A DNA stretch of 29,199 bases from a virus: IMG/VR virus record IMGVR_UViG_3300028591_004246, positions 64,001 to 93,199 of that record. One strand, written 5' to 3'. The position numbers and the translations under genes are program-made. Positions 10,066 through 17,414 of this stretch are shown here, in pieces. Each line of letters begins with the position of its first letter. The stretch's first letter is position 1. The notes under the pieces are model-generated. The model was not told the origin of the DNA. It ran no database searches and worked only from the letters and a program-made list of their open reading frames with translations.

Positions 10066-10308
10066 ATGTATTATAATAATTATTTTAACAACAACAATAA
10101 TACTACTATTTTAATTATAATTATAGCTTGTGCTCTTATAGTTGGTTTAAGTTTTCTTTTATTTGCTTTTGGCTATTGGCTAATAACTTTAATAGCTGCT
10201 CAAATTTTTAATTTTATAATTCCATTTGAATGGACATATGCTTTAGGAGCTTATGCAATATTAATAATTATTAAATTATTTATGTTACCAAGTGGTCAAT
10301 CTAAATAA
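10066..10308 (+). CDS. small hydrophobic membrane protein (80 aa, 2 predicted TM helices)
   Basis: Asn-rich N-terminus followed by two long hydrophobic stretches. It is the last gene before a rho-independent terminator. Confidence 0.5.
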   Translation: MYYNNYFNNNNNTTILIIIIACALIVGLSFLLFAFGYWLITLIAAQIFNFIIPFEWTYALGAYAILIIIKLFMLPSGQSK

Positions 10309-10313
10309 AAAAT

Positions 10314-10362
10314 GCCTCAACAAAAGAATAAAAAATTCTAATGTTGAGGCTTATTTTTTTTT
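10314..10362 (+). terminator. rho-independent terminator closing the pol/nrd operon
   Basis: Stem GCCTCAACA (10314-10322) pairs with TGTTGAGGC (10342-10350). It is followed by TTATTTTTTTTT. Confidence 0.75.
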
Positions 10363-10390
10363 GACATTTTATTTAATAATATAGTATAAT
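10361..10390 (+). promoter_or_regulatory. near-consensus sigma-70 promoter for the downstream small-ORF/dUTPase/RuvC/SPFH operon
   Basis: -35 TTGACA at 10361-10366, an 18-nt spacer, and -10 TATAAT at 10385-10390. It is followed by the SD AAAGGAG and the ATG at 10414. Confidence 0.6.
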
Positions 10391-10413
10391 ATAATAAAAC
10401 GAAAGGAGATTAT

Positions 10414-10812
10414 ATGGGAGATGTTTCTTTAGGTACTGTATATGATATTAATAAAACTGTATATAGTAATCAATCAGAAAAAATGCCAGAAGCTTTAGTT
10501 CAATCCATGTTAAAAAAAGTTTCAAGCTGGTTTAAAACTAAAGCTCTTTGTGAAGCACAATATTATATGTTTCTTTGTCGTGATCGTAATGATTATACAA
10601 TTTTTAATTTTATAAAAAATAATCCAGAAAAAGGAATCAAAGAATTAATTGAATTAATTCAATCTCGTGGAATTCTTAAAGATATTGTCTATAATGAAAA
10701 ATATAATTATTATGAATTTTGGATTAGTATAGATACAGAAGGATTTAGACCAGAAATGTATATGTATATTCTTTTTCCATGTAATGAATTTGTAATCGAG
10801 ATTGGAGATTAA
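10414..10812 (+). CDS. hypothetical protein (132 aa)
   Basis: Intact ORF with a good SD. No recognisable motif. Confidence 0.5.
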   Translation: MGDVSLGTVYDINKTVYSNQSEKMPEALVQSMLKKVSSWFKTKALCEAQYYMFLCRDRNDYTIFNFIKNNPEKGIKELIELIQSRGILKDIVYNEKYNYYEFWISIDTEGFRPEMYMYILFPCNEFVIEIGD

Positions 10813-10814
10813 AT

Positions 10815-11075
10815 ATGGATATGATGATTGCTGCTCGTCCCGCAGCTAATATTACAATTATGATTACGCAAGAAACTCCAGAATATGATGCTCAAATGGT
10901 AGCTTCTCAAACTGTTTTTGAAAAAGATTTGGAAAAAACAATTAGAAAATATTTAAATGATTATAAAATTGAAACAATATCTATATACGGTCCTTTAGAT
11001 TATATTGAACATTTAGCTGATACTCTTGGTAAAACTTTTAATCGTGAAATTACTATAATTGGAGCTGGTGTATAA
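10815..11075 (+). CDS. hypothetical protein (86 aa)
   Basis: Intact ORF that starts 3 nt after the previous stop. Its TAATG overlaps the start of the next ORF. Confidence 0.5.
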   Translation: MDMMIAARPAANITIMITQETPEYDAQMVASQTVFEKDLEKTIRKYLNDYKIETISIYGPLDYIEHLADTLGKTFNREITIIGAGV

Positions 11076-11356
11076 TGATTAAATATCTTCTTAAAACAAC
11101 TGAAGAATATCGTCTTGAAACTGTAGAAGATGTAAAAACTTTTCATAAAAAACTTCAACAAGATGCTATAAATCAAGGATATACGCTAAGCTCTTTTGGA
11201 TATACGCAAAAGTCAACAACTGCTCGTGGAGAAATTATTGATGAATGGTGTGTTGTAAAAGTTATAAAAATATTCCAAAAAGATAAAGAACCAGAAAATG
11301 CACTTAATAAAATTACTTATGAAACTTTTAATAGAGAGGAGTTTAATGGAGATTAA
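11075..11356 (+). CDS. hypothetical protein (93 aa)
   Basis: Intact ORF. Its stop overlaps the dUTPase start region. Confidence 0.5.
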   Translation: MIKYLLKTTEEYRLETVEDVKTFHKKLQQDAINQGYTLSSFGYTQKSTTARGEIIDEWCVVKVIKIFQKDKEPENALNKITYETFNREEFNGD

Positions 11357-11768
11357 AATAAAATATGAACATGATGATGTCCCTCGATTAAATAAAATTG
11401 TTCAAGGAGATTGAATTGATTTAACTTTAGATGAAGATATTCAATTAGATAAAGGGCAATCAGGACTATTTTCTTTAGGAGTGTGTATTCAATTACCAAA
11501 AGGATATGAAGCAATTTTAGCTCCAAGAAGTTCAACATTTAAACGTTATCATTTACTTCAAACCAACTCAATTGGTGTTATTGATAATTCTTATTGTGGA
11601 AATAATGATATCTGGAAAGTTAGTTTTTATGCCACCGAAACTACTTTTGTTCCAAGAGGAACAAGAATTTGTCAATTTAGAATAATTAAAAATCAGCCTG
11701 AAATTAATTTTATAGAAGTTTCATCCCTTAATAATCAAGATAGAAATGGTTTTGGTTCAACAGGATAA
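11346..11768 (+). CDS. dut: dUTP diphosphatase (dUTPase)
   Basis: ATG at 11346 with SD AGAGGAG upstream. The 140-aa product has dUTPase motifs (GVIDNSYCGNND, RICQFR, C-terminal NGFGSTG). One in-frame TGA (GDW) is read as Trp. This merges the track ORF 11481..11768 with upstream sequence. Confidence 0.8.
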
Positions 11769-12247
11769 TGATTTTATCTTTAGATCAAGCATTAGTCACA
11801 ACAGGTTGAGCAATTTTTGATGAAAATAAATTAATAGCTTATGACAGTTTTACTATAAATGGAAAAGATTCTATTGAAAAAAGATTAGGATTTATTTTTC
11901 AAAGATTAACAGAATTATATAATAAATATGAGTTTGATTATTTAGTATTTGAAGATATTCAACAGCAACAAAATCCAAGTACATATAAAAAACTTGCATA
12001 TGTTCAAGCGATTATTTTACTTTGATGTTTTTATAATCAAATTAATTTTACAGTATTAAGTCCTTCTCAATGAAGAAAAATATTAGGTGGTAATTTTGGT
12101 AGAAAAAGAGAAGAACAAAAACAAAAAGCTATTGATTTAGTAAAACAATATTATAATATAAATGTTGATTCAGATATAGCAGATGCAATTTGTATTGGTA
12201 AAGCTTATTTAGATAGTCATAAGCAATTAGGATTTGGGGTGATTTAA
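11768..12247 (+). CDS. RuvC-like Holliday junction resolvase
   Basis: ATG overlaps the dut stop (TAATG). The 159-aa product has ILSLDQALVTTGWAIFD at the N-terminus and SDIADAICIG near the C-terminus (the RuvC D-x-ADA-x-AI motif). Three in-frame TGA codons are read as Trp. Confidence 0.7.
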
Positions 12248-12248
12248 A

Positions 12249-13184
12249 TTGTTTCTCTTTATTATAACAATTATACTAGCACTAGCTCTTCTATTCTCTG
12301 CGGGCTATTGTAGAAAAACTAAAGATAATACCTATGATAATTATTCAAAAGCTACAGGACCTCTTATTGCTGCCGCAATTATAGTAGCATTAGTTGGAAT
12401 TCTTTTATCTTGTGTTTATACTCAAGATGTAGGTGAAGTTGTTATCCTTCGTAATTTTGGAGGTCAATTAGCTGGAACAACTGAAGAAGCAGGACTTCAT
12501 CTAAAAGCTCCTTGGCAAGATACAATTGATTATGATATCCGCAATAATATCATTAATCTTTATAGAGATGATGAATACTCTTATGATAACGGAACAGCTC
12601 ATGGAGCAGAAGTAACTGTTTATGATAAATCTGGTGCTCAAGCAAATGTTGATATACAAGTAATTTATTCTCTTGATCCAAATGCGGCAATTGATCTTTA
12701 TACTAAATACCAAGAGCAAGAGAATTTCATTCAAATTTCAGCAGTAAATAATGTGCGGGATGCGGCAAGAAATGTATCAGGACAATTTACTACAATTGAA
12801 ATGTTAAATGCCCGTGAAAACTATGCCAAAGCAATTTATGACAAACTTTCAACAGATTGGGATAAAATAGGATTACATGTTGAAGAAGTTAATGTACAGG
12901 ATATCAGATACAATCAAGAAATTGTCGATGCCTATAATACTGCTCAAAAAACAGAAATCTCCAAAGTTGAAGCATTAAATCAGCAAGAAACTGAAAAAGT
13001 TAAAATGGATACTGAAGTCATGAAAGCTCAAAAAGAAGCAGAAGCTAATAAAATTAGAAGTGATTCTCTAACTCCTGAAATTCTTCAACAAGAATATATT
13101 GAAGCTCTTAAAAATGGTAACGCTATTTATGTAGTTCCTGAAGGTTCTACTCCAATAGTCAATCTAGATAAGAAAGCAGAATAA
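12249..13184 (+). CDS. SPFH/band-7 (stomatin/HflK/C-like) membrane protein
   Basis: TTG start. It has an N-terminal TM segment followed by GEVVILRNFGGQLAGTTEEAGLHLKAPWQDTIDYDIR, which is typical of the SPFH domain, then a coiled-coil Lys/Glu-rich C-terminal half. 311 aa. Confidence 0.65.
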   Translation: MFLFIITIILALALLFSAGYCRKTKDNTYDNYSKATGPLIAAAIIVALVGILLSCVYTQDVGEVVILRNFGGQLAGTTEEAGLHLKAPWQDTIDYDIRNNIINLYRDDEYSYDNGTAHGAEVTVYDKSGAQANVDIQVIYSLDPNAAIDLYTKYQEQENFIQISAVNNVRDAARNVSGQFTTIEMLNARENYAKAIYDKLSTDWDKIGLHVEEVNVQDIRYNQEIVDAYNTAQKTEISKVEALNQQETEKVKMDTEVMKAQKEAEANKIRSDSLTPEILQQEYIEALKNGNAIYVVPEGSTPIVNLDKKAE

Positions 13185-13186
13185 AA

Positions 13187-13894
13187 TTGAAATTTTTAAA
13201 TATTCTTTTTATTGCAATTCTAAGTTTAAGTATTTTAGGATGTAATAAACCACAAACCCAAGAGAAGAAAGATGAAGAAGTAATAACTGTGCGGGACAAG
13301 GAAGCAACTCAGGATAGAAGTCAAGCCGGTTCTAATGCAGTCGATGTCCCGCACCTTCTCGCCACTTTAAATAATGAAAGATTTACTTATTCTTATTCAC
13401 CTATTGGGTATGACAATATTGATATTGAAATGACTAAAGATTTAAATTGTATAAAACAAATTACAAAATGCTTTGGTTATAATTTTGATATACAAAAATT
13501 TTATGATGATTATTTTGATAGTATAAATCTTCATACAGATACAACTCCAGTTATAGGAAATTTCGGACCTTCTGGATATGCAGAATTTACAACAAAATAT
13601 TATTTAGATAATAATATTCCAATAAGTATAGAAGAAATTTCTGGTATTGATTTTGAAACTTTTACAAATATTGTTAATCATAATTGGCCTATCATGGTAT
13701 GGTATACTTTAGATGATAGTCAATTTGGTGGAGAAATACAATATTGGCCTTTCCATTATCCAATGATTGCTACTAAAGTAGATAAAGAAAACGTTTATTT
13801 ATTTGATGCAATTAATGGTGAAAAAGTAGAATCTATTTCTGAATTCCAAAGAATTTGGGAGAAATGTGGGAATTATGGTTTAATCTTCTATTAA
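13187..13894 (+). CDS. lipoprotein with C39-like (papain-fold) cysteine peptidase-like domain
   Basis: Signal peptide with lipobox ILGC. The C-terminal region has Cys ... HYPMIATKVDKENVYLFDAING, which resembles the Cys/His/Asp arrangement of C39-like peptidase domains. 235 aa. Confidence 0.5.
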   Translation: MKFLNILFIAILSLSILGCNKPQTQEKKDEEVITVRDKEATQDRSQAGSNAVDVPHLLATLNNERFTYSYSPIGYDNIDIEMTKDLNCIKQITKCFGYNFDIQKFYDDYFDSINLHTDTTPVIGNFGPSGYAEFTTKYYLDNNIPISIEEISGIDFETFTNIVNHNWPIMVWYTLDDSQFGGEIQYWPFHYPMIATKVDKENVYLFDAINGEKVESISEFQRIWEKCGNYGLIFY

Positions 13895-13902
13895 AATAGA
13901 CA

Positions 13903-13948
13903 TAAAAAAATAAGGGGTACTCTTAATTGAGTACCCCTCTTTTTTTTT
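13903..13948. terminator. bidirectional rho-independent terminator between convergent early (+) and late (-) modules
   Basis: An A-run at 13903-13911 is followed by the stem AGGGGTACTC (13913-13922), the loop TTAATT, the stem GAGTACCCCT (13929-13938) and a T-run at 13939-13948. It is flanked by U-tracts on both strands. Confidence 0.75.
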
Positions 13949-15509
13949 ACCATTTATTATCATTTAAAGAGCATTGTAAGGCTTTAACAGATTCTCTACC
14001 AAAATATCCATCTACATCAATATCGTAACCTTTATTAACTAACCATTGCTGGAGAGCTCTTGAGGTCCCAGGGCCTCATTGACCATCAACTTCCGCACCA
14101 ACTTTACTTTGAATAGCTTCAACTAATTGAGAACCAGTTCCGCTATCATATTCAACATTATACATTCCTCAATGGTAATCTTTATTTCCAAGCCATTGAC
14201 CGCTAATAACACCATCTTCATAAGTACCTAATGTGTGCTGTAAATCAATAATAGTGTTTCATCCACCAATACCATCAATTTCAAGTTTTCCACCATCGCG
14301 ATTATTTTTTGGATCAGTTGAAACATCTGGTGTGAAATTTCCACTATCAGAATTACTATAATGAGGTCTAATAACATAGGCTACGTTACCCATATTACGA
14401 TATTTTTCTTGTACGGCATTACTAACATTACCTTCAATTGTTGGGAATCCAGAGCCATCAAAACTTCCTGTTGCAAATCCAATATGGTCAGTAGCTCCAT
14501 CTCAATCCCAATTAAAGATAACAATGTCTCCATACTGTACATTATATTTATCTACAGCATAATTTCTTGCGCCATTATTTAAAGCTAAATCTGTATTATA
14601 ACTTGGAAAACCTTTAACTACAACTCCTGCTTGCTCTAGACACCAACTTACAAACATGCAGCACCATCAAATTTCAACAGAAGGTCCAGCAAGCCAATCT
14701 TCATCTCATTTATCAGCTAATCAACGGCCATATTTTGAGCCTGGATTTGGATCATCAGGAGCATAATACCCTAATTCACCATAAGCAACGTCAATAACAC
14801 TTTTAGCTGTTCCACTCATTTGTTTACTTTCTTCTTCTTCTTTCTTTTCCTCTATTGGTTCATCAGTTTGAATAGTTTGTCCAGCAGCTATTCTTGCGGG
14901 ATAATCAATACAACATCAATCACAGTCATGATAACCACTAACATCATCAAACACGATATGACCATCAGACAATCTGATTCCGCCTTGCTGTCACATTCCG
15001 ATATCTCCAGCTTCGATTGGTCAAGAAGCTCTTCATCAAGCAATTCAATTAGCATAATCACGAAGTTCATCTGCATACATATTGTTTAATCATGCATTTC
15101 CACCAGTATAAAGTCCTGCATAATATCCTCTATTACGAAGAGTATCGCAAAAAACTTTAATAACATCAGTTAAAGCACGTGCTGATAATTGAAATTGTCT
15201 TGGATCTTCAACATCTGTATAACAAGGTAAATCAAATTTATATCCATCAAGCAAATCTGCAAAATGATTAGCATCTTTTCTTGAATTCTCTGTATCTGTA
15301 GTAACTGTATAATAATATGCTCCAACATGGAGTCCAGCAGCTACAGCTTTTTTATAATTATTTTCAAATTGTCCGTCTTTGTAACGTCCTAAATTTGTTT
15401 CATTTCCACCAGCTTTAATAATAACGCCTCAGAGTCCTCTTTGACGTTTTCAAGCTGCTAAATCAATATCTCCATCTCAATGAGAGATATCAAGAACAAG
15501 TTCTTTCAT
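13947..15509 (-). CDS. modular endolysin: GH25 muramidase + CHAP peptidase/amidase + PG_binding_1 cell-wall-binding domain
   Basis: ATG at 15509 with SD AAGAGGTG, and a TAA stop. Reading TGA as Trp gives a continuous 520-aa protein (about 17 TGA). The N-terminus MKELVLDISHWDGDIDLAAWK...IIKAGG matches the GH25 signature, with TGA at the conserved Trp. The middle region (...WCCMFVSWCLEQAG ... TDHIGFATG) is CHAP-like with Cys/His. The C-terminus VDGQWGPGTSRALQQWLVNKGYDIDVDGYFGRESVKALQ matches PG_binding_1. Confidence 0.85.
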
Positions 15510-15530
15510 TTTCCGCACCTCTTTTCTATA

Positions 15531-15577
15531 TAAAAAAAGAGTCCCATATTTCAGGGACTCTTTTTATTTTATTTTTT
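15531..15577. terminator. stem-loop terminator between holin and endolysin genes (U-tracts on both strands)
   Basis: AAAAAAA, then stem AAGAGTCCC (15537-15545), loop ATATTTCA, stem GGGACTCTT (15554-15562), then TTTTATTTTATTTTTTT. Confidence 0.55.
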
Positions 15578-15859
15578 TAGATGAGCAGGCTGCTTTTTTA
15601 ATTCACGCATTAGTATGTCTGCTTGAAGAGCGGGTTGAGTAAAGCTGTTATTCTTCCATCAAGCAATAATAGAAGCTAAAATAACAGCAACACCTGAAGC
15701 AATTTCATAAATATTGTTTTCATCAATATCAATAGGAGTTCACCCAAGTAAAGCGCAAAAAGCATTAACTAATGCGATAAATAGAACGATGGTTCTAGCA
15801 ATAGTCCCAGGTTCAATTGAAAGCAATCCATCTAAATTAATTGTTTTTGCTTCAGCCAT
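15569..15859 (-). CDS. holin (phiLC3/LL-H-type, Phage_holin_1-like)
   Basis: ATG at 15859 with SD GAAGGTG. The 96-aa product has central hydrophobic segments (IVLFIALVNAFCALLGW, GVAVILASIIAWW) and a charged C-terminus (MRELKKQPAHLKK). It contains 2 TGA-Trp codons and lies immediately upstream of the endolysin. Confidence 0.7.
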
Positions 15860-15884
15860 TTAAAACACCTTCTTAATTAACTAA

Positions 15885-16685
15885 TTATTCTCCAGAACTG
15901 CTTCCACCAGCAACGAGTTCATCAATCTCTGCATTAGTAGCAAATGTAATATCTGCATCTAAGACATATGGAGAAAGATCAACGAAGCCAGGAAGTACAT
16001 CGAACTTATATGCAGGAGACTGACCAGTTGTATCAGTATCAACAACAACTACATTGGTTCCAGCAGGATAGGTCTTAGTTGTTCCACTAGCATATTCAAC
16101 GAAATCGCTAGTAATAGTAAAGGAGTCAGTAACATTATAAACGTTACCAAGGACACCAACAGCTAGAGTTGGTAGACTTGCAAATGCTACAGAACCAGCA
16201 GGTTTATAAACAGTAGCAATCTGAGCAGCTACAGTGTCATCAACATAAGTTTTAACAGCTGCACCTGTTGGAAGTTTTTCGTCATTAGTAAGTGTAGTCT
16301 CAACGTCTTTATAAGCAGCAGCGTCAAGACCATGAACGGCTACATCTGAACCATTAACAGCAACAGTACCATTTGTAGCACCTTCGGCAACTGTAACATT
16401 AACTTTCTTGGTTGTGCTATCAGGAGTTAAATCTGTAGCATTAACTTGGACACCAAGAACTGGAATTGTTACGTCAACCTTTTTGTTAGCATCAGGAGTT
16501 AAATCAGCACTATTAACTTGAACACCAAGAATTGGAACTTCAACATCAACAGCACCATTAGAATCCTGTGTTAGAGCTGTACCGTTACGTTTAACAGTTT
16601 TTACTGCACCAGCAGGAGCAAAAGTTTCTGTAGCTTTCTGCCATAAACGTTGAATACCAGCCCAATCAACGAGTTTCATCGCCAT
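15885..16685 (-). CDS. hypothetical virion/structural protein with internal tandem 24-aa repeat (Ala/Val/Thr/Gly-rich, acidic)
   Basis: Intact 266-aa ORF (ATG at 16685, SD AAAGGGTG, TAA stop). The local GC content is clearly higher than in the flanks. Its Trp codons are TGG, with no TGA. A 72-nt unit is tandemly duplicated. Confidence 0.6.
   Translation of the reverse strand: MAMKLVDWAGIQRLWQKATETFAPAGAVKTVKRNGTALTQDSNGAVDVEVPILGVQVNSADLTPDANKKVDVTIPVLGVQVNATDLTPDSTTKKVNVTVAEGATNGTVAVNGSDVAVHGLDAAAYKDVETTLTNDEKLPTGAAVKTYVDDTVAAQIATVYKPAGSVAFASLPTLAVGVLGNVYNVTDSFTITSDFVEYASGTTKTYPAGTNVVVVDTDTTGQSPAYKFDVLPGFVDLSPYVLDADITFATNAEIDELVAGGSSSGE
16422..16565 (-). repeat. 2 x 72-bp imperfect tandem repeat inside the 266-aa gene
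   Basis: AGGAGTTAAATC...TTAGCATC at 16422-16493 matches AGGAGTTAAATC...TTAGAATC at 16494-16565. It encodes the duplicated ...VDVxxPxLGVQVNxxDLTPD... segment. Confidence 0.7.
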
Positions 16686-16702
16686 ATAATCACCCTTTCT
16701 TT

Positions 16703-17329
16703 CTAATTACCTTGTATAATTTCTTCTATTTCATCATCTGTAACAGCTCTAAATCCAAAGTCCTCTAATGTTTGATTCCCTGTAAGTTCAACTCCATTAA
16801 TAGAAGGTTTATTTGTAACATAAAGATAATCTGTTACGCCTTCGAGTTCAACTTCTTCTAATCATTTTGTAATATCTTCTACACTTTGATTCATAACTAT
16901 TGCAGCTTGTGAAAACAAATTATAATCATCAGAAGCAATAAATTTATCTAAATCTATTGGGTCTGCGGAAATAGTAACTTGAAAATCATCTGTTCCAATT
17001 AAACTATTATTATCAACTTTTTCAATTTTACAAATAATATGTCCTTCTTGAATCATTTTTGATGGTCAAGCTATTTCTCAGACTGGATTAATTTTTAAAG
17101 TTTTATCTCCAACTTCAATACAATTAAATACATTATAGCCTTGAATATCTAATTCTTGATGATGCCATTTTAAATAAATTTTAGTAGAAGAAGTAAAAAC
17201 AGAAGCAGCTTCTTGAGAAAAAATTACTTTTAATTTTTTTCCATTAATATCATTGCCACTAAATATCATATCTTCTATTGGTTGATAAAAAGATTTTATT
17301 TCTAAAATACAAGAAGTTAATGATAACAT
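16703..17329 (-). CDS. hypothetical protein (208 aa; 3 TGA-Trp codons)
   Basis: Track ORFs 17078..17335 and 16862..17056 share one frame and are joined by in-frame TGA codons (17078-80, 17066-68, 16862-64). The frame continues to a TAG at 16703-16705. A likely ATG is at 17329 (GAGAGGTG upstream), or alternatively GTG at 17335. Confidence 0.5.
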
Positions 17330-17376
17330 ATTCACCTCTCCCTCTAATCAATTCTCACTAAAATTATTATAAAATA

Positions 17377-17405
17377 GGGCATCTTACTTTTTGTAAAATG
17401 CCCTA
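17377..17405. terminator. weak hairpin downstream of giant gene
   Basis: AGGGCAT (17377-17383) pairs with ATGCCCT (17399-17405) around a 15-nt loop. There is only a short flanking A/T tract. Confidence 0.3.
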
Positions 17406-17414
17406 AAATTTTTA

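Noticed and set aside
11353-11538. Minus-strand 61-aa ORF
   Set aside because: It is antisense to the dUTPase gene and is a shadow ORF.
12501-12734. Minus-strand 77-aa ORF inside the SPFH gene
   Set aside because: It is a shadow ORF antisense to a well-supported CDS, with a low-complexity Ile/Asn-rich product.
12751-12770. Tandem TGCGGGA-TGCGGCA looked like a possible short direct-repeat element
   Set aside because: It is too short to be more than two adjacent copies of the over-represented heptamer. It is reported under the motif finding instead.
14361-15089. Plus-strand ORFs 14361..14582 and 14820..15089, and minus ORF 14888..15076
   Set aside because: They lie inside or antisense to the endolysin gene in the wrong frame. 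Their products are low-complexity Ser/Ile/Phe-rich and match no protein family.
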